From the NCBI RefSeq assembly GCF_016432865.1, contig NC_067403.1, positions 253,890,001 through 253,954,000 on the forward strand: a DNA stretch of 64,000 bases, read 5' to 3'. Below, piece by piece: positions 58,150-64,000 of the stretch (its first letter is position 1; each line of letters starts with the position of its first letter). Position numbers and translations under genes: made by a program. This DNA comes from Antechinus flavipes. Lineage: Eukaryota. The notes under the pieces were generated by a model, which was not told the DNA's origin, made no database searches, and saw only the letters and a program-made list of their open reading frames with translations.

Positions 58150-60100
58150 GGACCCATCGGATATGTATAATAGGTATCGGATTGCTTGCTGTCTTGGGGA
58201 GTTAAGGGAGGGAGGAGGAAAAATGTTGGAACTCCAAATCTTGCAAAAACGAACACTGAAAACTATCTTTACATATAATTGGAAAAATAAAATACAATCA
58301 ATTTCATTAGTGATATGTGGGGCAAATTATAAGCAAGCAGAGCAAAGGTTCATGAGGAGTAACTAGTGGTGCAGTGGTAGAGCACAGACACTGGAGTCGG
58401 GAAGACTTGAGTAGTTTGACCTCAGACACTTAACTAGCTATGAAACCTTGGACAATTTACTAGCTGTGTGACCCTGGACAAGTCACTTAACCTCAACTGC
58501 CTCACCCCACCCCACCCCCCCAAAAATTAATTTTTTGGTTCATGAGGTTTAGAAGTAGTGGGGCTGTGAGGTTGGGTATAATATGTAATCCTGAGTTAGA
58601 ATGATTTACCCTGAGTGATAGAACTTTGTCTTTTACTTCCCAAAGCATTCCGTTTAATAGTACTTAGCATCCATACATCTGTTTAAGGAACCACACGATA
58701 GATATTATCTCAATTTATTCTTATAATAACCTCATGAGATCGAGGCTATTATTATCCAGGTAATTGGAAGGAGATGAGTAAATGACTTGCCCCGTGTTAC
58801 TACAAATATTAGGGAAATTTTCACCTTGGGTCTTCCTGACTCCAGATTACCTGACTTTTTTTACTCCTACTACTTTGAATGGAGCAACTGCAATGAGGAA
58901 GCAGAGAGTTTACAGATAAGAACACTGGGAAAGGACAAACCGACACGTTTTTGCACTTCTTGTTAGACAGCACAGTAAGCAAATTGACCCACATGTGCAA
59001 AAATGCCCCTTTTTGTAGGGGCAAGGAACTGGAAATTAAGTGGATGCCCATCCGTTGGAGAATGGCTGAGTTACAGTAGAATGAATGTAATGAAATATTG
59101 TTGTTTTACAAGAAATGATCATTTACATGAACAGATGCTGAGCGAAACAAACGGAACCAGAATATTGTACACAATAACAGCAAGAATGTTCGATGATCAA
59201 CTAAGAAAGACTTGGTTCTTCTCATTGGTTTCAGTGATTCAAAGCAATCCCCACAGACTTGGACAGAAAATGCCATCTGCATCCAGAAAAAGAACTAAGA
59301 AGATCATAAATCAACACATACTTTTTTTTTCTAATCTATCCCTTGGTTTTTGTCCTTTGCTCCGATCTCTCCCCCAACATAATGCATAAAGCAATGTGTG
59401 TTAAAATAAACAAATAAAAAGAAATGGGTGATAAAAAACAAAGTATTATCAATAATTTTTTAAAAATAAAATCAAGTTTTACTACTATAAAGGCTCTATT
59501 GCATCGCTTCAGGCTTTTAATTCTGTGAAATGAGCCATTCTACATATTTTGCCTCTTTGGCCTTTAGCCATTTCATAAAGTACATTTGTAAGAAATGCTA
59601 AAAATTCTGTTTATATTAACCAAAAAAATGTTATCTATAAGGGTTAAAAAAAATGCTGGAAAGACTTATATGAACTGATGCTAAGTGAAGTGAGGAGAGC
59701 CAAGAGGACATTGTACACAAGACTATGTGATGATCAGCTATGATGGATATGGCTCTTTTTCAACAATGAGGTGATTCAGACCAGTTCCGTAAGACGTGTG
59801 ATGGAGAAAGTCGTGGGCATCCAGACAGAGAACTATGGGGACTGAATGTGAATCACAACATAGTATTTTCACCTTTTTTGTTGTTTGCTTGATTTTTTTT
59901 TTCTTTTTTTCTCCTTTTGACCCGATTTTTCTTGTGCAGCACAATAAATGTGGAAACTAGAGAAGAATTGCACATTTAACATGTATTGGATTACTTGCTA
60001 TCTAGGAGAGGGAGAAAAATGTGAAACACAAAGGTTGCGCAAAGGTGAATGTTGAAAATTATCTTTGCATATAGTTGGAAAATAAAAGGTTATTATTAAA
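58150..60100 (+). mobile_element. Cluster of L1 3' fragments (~58150-58300, 58960-59420, 59640-60100), a tRNA-derived SINE (~58355-58530) and MIR remnants
   Basis: ORF 59003-59389 is decayed L1 ORF2 end (LFVGARNWKLSGCPSVGEWL). SINE motif ctagctgtgtgaccctggacaagtcacttaacc at ~58470. Confidence 0.75.
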
Positions 60101-60439
60101 TAGAATCCTCAGTCTTGGGGGCAGGATTATCTCCCCAGAGCCTGCTCACTATCAATATTCAGCTCATGCCCCTGGCTTGGCTCCCCAGCCTTTTTACTCT
60201 ATCCTCATCCTTCCACAGAGACTCACAAATGCTCCAACCAGAACTCAAACAACTTTATTAAACTGTTATCACTAGTGAGTCACGGACCTCCCTTCTTTCC
60301 TCCCCAGGAAGCAAAGCAAACGGTATCTGAAGCTCCCCTCTCAAAGCAGAGGGACTTGAATGAGACATAGGAGGGGAGGGGAGGGAAAGGTCAGGGCCAT
60401 GTCCTTTTAGAAGCCTATGGTGGGAGGGGGACACCTGGG

Positions 60440-60550
60440 AGGCAAAATGGATAGTGTCTCGGCCCCAGAGTTTGACTCCAGCTTCAGATACCTACTAGCT
60501 GTGTGACCCTGGCCAAATCACACAATCTTGACTGCTTCCAAAAATTAAAA
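60440..60550 (+). mobile_element. Short marsupial SINE (WSINE1/SINE1-like)
   Basis: ..cctactagctgtgtgaccctggccaaatcacacaatcttgactgcttccaaaaa.. Confidence 0.6.
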
Positions 60551-60633
60551 GAATGAGCAGCAGCTGCCTATGGGTGGGGGGCTCTGCCTCCTTGTCCTAA
60601 CTGAAGGAATGGCCTCTTGGAGATCATGGGGGC

Positions 60634-61855
60634 TCAGCTGCCAGCTTCCAGGTCTTCCATCTCCACATCCTGGATAACTCCAGCTTTCCTTTTCTTCTGC
60701 CGTCTGGGCTGCGCCTCAGTGGTCCTGCCTGGCTTCGGGGGAGCTTCCACTGGGAGGAGTGGGGGGAAGGAGTAAAGTGAATTAGCAGAATGCCCTCTTG
60801 ACTTAACCTTTGCCCTCCAACCTGTTTCCTTTCTCTGCTGGAACCCTCCCAAGCCTCCTCACCCTCCATGGCAGCCTTCTCCTTCTGGGCATGCCTGATC
60901 TGTTGCAAAAGTTTCCTCCGCTTCTTCCCAGACAGGGTGATGTTGGCTCGGGTACTCGACCTAAAGGAAAGGGGCAGAGGTCCAGTCTGGGCAGCTCCCG
61001 AGTGCCGGGGGAAACCACGGGCCGTTCCCCAAGGGTTTGAATTTCCTCGGATGTACACACATTACCCGCCACCCTCCCAGACGGGAAGCTCCTCGAGGGC
61101 AGGGCTCTTTCCTATTTGCCTGTGTCTCCTGGCACCTGGCACACAGGAGGCAATAAGAGCTACTTCCTGATTATTGCTTGAATTCTCATAGAGCTTCCAG
61201 GTTTCTGGAAGGAGGGAGAATGGGGGGGAGGATAAGAATGTGACTCTCTAGTAGAAAGTGCAGCAAAGTCCAAGCGGGAAAATGTGCTTGATTTCACAGG
61301 ACAGCTCGCTTCCGAGGGGCGGGAGGTGACGGCAGCATCCGGGCACTTACGCTGCCGGAGACCCCGTCAGCGAAACCCCTTCTAGAGCTTATACACATGC
61401 CCCCCCCCCACCTGCCCTCGCTTTCGGCCCCCGCCGCCCCTTCTGCCTCTGGTGAGCGGGTCACGGGAGGCCGTCTAAGGAGCCCAGGGAGGACTCACGC
61501 GCGCTTCTTGAGATGATGGCGAGTGATGAGCCCCTCGTCCACCACCGCCCCGACCACCTGGTGCCGCCGCCGCCGCTCCCGTCTCAGCAGCCGGCGCCGC
61601 TTGAACAGCTTCTTTTTCAGCTCCTGGCAAGGGAAGGACCAGGCGGCAGAGTTAGGGGGCGGAGGTGCGCCCGGCTATCTCCGCCCCCCCACCCCGGGAG
61701 GAACCCGCGTGGACGGCCCTGGGTGGGCAGCAGGGCCAGGAGGCCGCCTCGGGCTGGGGGCAGAGGGCAGGGAAGGAGGCCGGGAAAGGGGCATCGGCGG
61801 GGTCGCACGCAGTCACCGTCCGCGGCCGGTTGATCTTCCCCCCGGGAGCCCCCAT
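60634..61855 (-). CDS. C11orf98: C11orf98 homolog (small basic nucleolar/pre-ribosomal protein), 4 exons, 125 aa
   Basis: Exons 61817-61855 ([13 protein letters not shown]), 61499-61623 ([18 protein letters not shown]), 60863-60960 ([22 protein letters not shown]), 60634-60749 (378 nt in total). Confidence 0.94.
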
Positions 61856-61979
61856 GGTCCAGGCGCCGAGGTCAGCGTCGCAGCGGCGGCGACGCGGCGG
61901 CTTCCGACGTTCCTAGTGCCGCTCTCGGCGCGCCGCGCCCCGCCCCTTCGGGAGGGAGGCACCTCCCCTTCAGAGAGCG

Positions 61980-62072
61980 ACCAATCAGGGGGAAGGGGCG
62001 GTGCGACACGCCTGCCTATAAAGGAGCGCCGGGCGCAAGCGCAGTCCCTTTCCTGCCGGAGAGCCGGTAAGT
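61980..62072 (+). promoter_or_regulatory. Bidirectional C11orf98/CSKMT promoter and CSKMT non-coding TOP-like exon 1
   Basis: CCAAT 61981-61985, GC box ~61995, TATAAA 62017-62022, CTTTCC start ~62047, donor GTAAGT 62067-62072. Confidence 0.7.
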
Positions 62073-62163
62073 TCCCCCGCTTCCCCTCCTGCGGAGGGTG
62101 CTATGGAGGGCGTCAGAGCGGGCTCGGGGCTTTCGGAGGCTCTGCCGTGTGCTTGTCCACGTC

Positions 62164-62315
62164 CCGCCTCCATTTCTTGGCGGGGGCCGGGTGCTCGGTC
62201 CCGGCCCCCGTTATGTACGGAGGCAGAGCAAGGGGACCCTGGTTCCCCCGGCGTCATGTCTTCGGTGCCGGCGGCTCCCCATCCGCCGGTTCTATCCTCA
62301 CTCGCCGGGACATCG
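62164..62315 (+). ncRNA. SNORA57: H/ACA snoRNA SNORA57 (U99) in CSKMT intron 1
   Basis: Two hairpins: GCCTCC/GGAGGC with GGGGGCCGGG/CCCGGCCCCC, and CCCGGCG/CGCCGGG. H box AGAGCA at 62225-62230, ACA at 62310-62312 plus 3 nt. Pocket arm TTCTTGGC (62174-62181) complements 18S rRNA GCCAAGAA. Syntenic position as recalled for human. Confidence 0.82.
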
Positions 62316-62642
62316 TCCTTTTTGCAGGGCTGAGAAAGGGCCACGGGATCCCGCCGATTGCCCCCCGCTTTTTTCGTTGCTCATCCGTTGTGCTTCTATT
62401 TCAGGGCCTTGATCGTCGCCGCCACTGGACATGGAACGACCGGATCCCTTCTCTCGCCCCTTTTCTAACTCGTTCAATAAAGTCCACTCCCTGAGAACAG
62501 TCTGGCTCTGACCTTTGCTCCTCATTCTTTCGGCGCAGGGGGAGGGGGAAGGGGAGCGGGGCGTGCAGTTTGGCTCCGTTGGCCGTCCCCTGTCCCACGC
62601 GGGGCCTCCTTCCACCGAGACCTGACCCTGGAGACCTTCCCC

Positions 62643-63457
62643 ATGGCGCTACTGCACAGACTTCTCCAGGAGGTGACCAGGGCGAAGCGCTCCTGGGCCG
62701 GTAGGGATTTGGGGGTAGGGAATGCGGGGGGGCCAGGGGGGGTGCCCAGTGCACACCCTTAACGACTGCCCTGTCCCGACCCTGTGCAGGCTCCCTGGCC
62801 GGCAGCTGCCTGTCGGATCCCAGGCTCTGGGACCGGCTCCACGCCCAGGCGTTGCCCGGAAGGCCCCCTAACTTCGACTGGTTTTTTGGCTACGAAGAGG
62901 TTCAGGGGCTTCTCTTGCCGCTGCTGCAGAAAGGGGCTCCCCAGGGGCCAGCGGTGGCCCCCCTCAGGGTGCTGGACGTGGGCTGTGGAACCTCGGATTT
63001 GTGCCCTGGACTCTACACCAAGTGCCCCCTGCCCTTGACCGTGCTAGGGGTGGACTTTTCTCCAGTGGCTGTGCACCGCATGAAGCGCTTGCTGGAAGGG
63101 CACGGAGACCACCCTGGGCTGCGCCCGGCGCACCCCGATTCCCAGCTGCGGTTCCTGCAGGCTGACGCCCGAGACCTGGGCTCTGTCTGCCCTTCTGGGT
63201 CCTTCCAACTGGTGCTAGACAAGGGCACCTGGGATGCTGTGGCCAGGGGTGGCCAAGAGGGGGCAGAGCAGCTGCTGTCCGAGTGTCTGCGGGTGCTTGC
63301 CCCCCAGGGCACCCTGGTGCAGTTCTCCGATGAGGACCCCGATGTCCGTTTGCCCTGCTTGGAGCGGGGAGCTGGCAGCAGACTGGTGAAAATACATGAA
63401 CTGGGGCCCTTCAAGGGGCTCACTTACTTTGCTTACTTGGTCCAGGCCGCTCAATAA
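62643..63457 (+). CDS. CSKMT: Citrate synthase lysine N-methyltransferase (METTL12), 2 coding exons, 241 aa
   Basis: Exon 62643-62700 (MALLHRLLQEV.., mitochondrial-targeting-like) and exon 62790-63457. FDWFFGY, motif I VLDVGCGTS, VDFS, DKGTWDA, QFSDEDPDVR. Stop TAA lies within AATAAA (63453-63458). Confidence 0.94.
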
Positions 63458-63597
63458 AAGCAATCTTCCCCGTTTTATTTGTGTGTCAAGTTTGGGGATG
63501 GGTGATAACCCTTCTGGCTGGGGATGGGAAACATACGTTCTTGTGGGGGAGGGGGGAGGAGCATGATTCAGGAAACAAGGGAAGAATCTTAATCTCA

Positions 63598-63750
<153 letters not shown>

Positions 63751-64000
63751 CTAGGATAGTTCCCCAAAAAAGCCCTTTACGCTCTGACTCAATTGATCTC
63801 ATTTTACAGTTGGGGAAACTGGCTCACATTAAGCCAAGAATCGGGGTATAAGTTTTTGAGGCAAGATTTGAATCATGTCTTGCTCTACTCTGCCCCTGGG
63901 TCAGTTAAAAGGAAATCCATCCATCTTCCTCGTTACCCTTAGGATTTTCCTCTTCCCCCTAAACAACGGCTTCCTGCCTATTTCCACTTCTTCCCCCTTT

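Overview
Marsupial genomic DNA, probably dasyuromorph (inferred from the L1/SINE/LTR types), syntenic with human 11q12.3. It is very GC- and CpG-rich and gene-dense. Left to right: 5' end of EEF1G (-), a nested L1/LTR island, TUT1 (-), MTA2 (-), EML3 (-), ROM1 (+), B3GAT3 (-), GANAB (-), INTS5 (-), C11orf98 (-), CSKMT/METTL12 (+) hosting SNORA57, and one internal exon of LBHD1 (-). I traced exons by hand from GT-AG boundaries and recalled human protein sequences; all comparisons with human are from memory, not database searches. All gene models close in frame except GANAB, which has an apparent 1-nt deletion in its penultimate exon. Most notable: (1) the LBHD1 alternative reading frame over C11orf98 exons 2-4 is intact, with CSKMT and SNORA57 nested antisense in the joining intron; (2) an exact 43-bp copy of INTS5 coding sequence lies inside an unannotated-looking terminal exon upstream of INTS5; (3) EML3 introns hold four distinct minisatellites, two seeded from MIR3/L3-type 3' tails; (4) a strong out-of-frame AUG sits 7 nt upstream of the ROM1 start; (5) TUT1 has a 30-bp coding repeat. 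There is no CRISPR or prokaryotic system, and most long ORFs in the track are GC-rich shadows.
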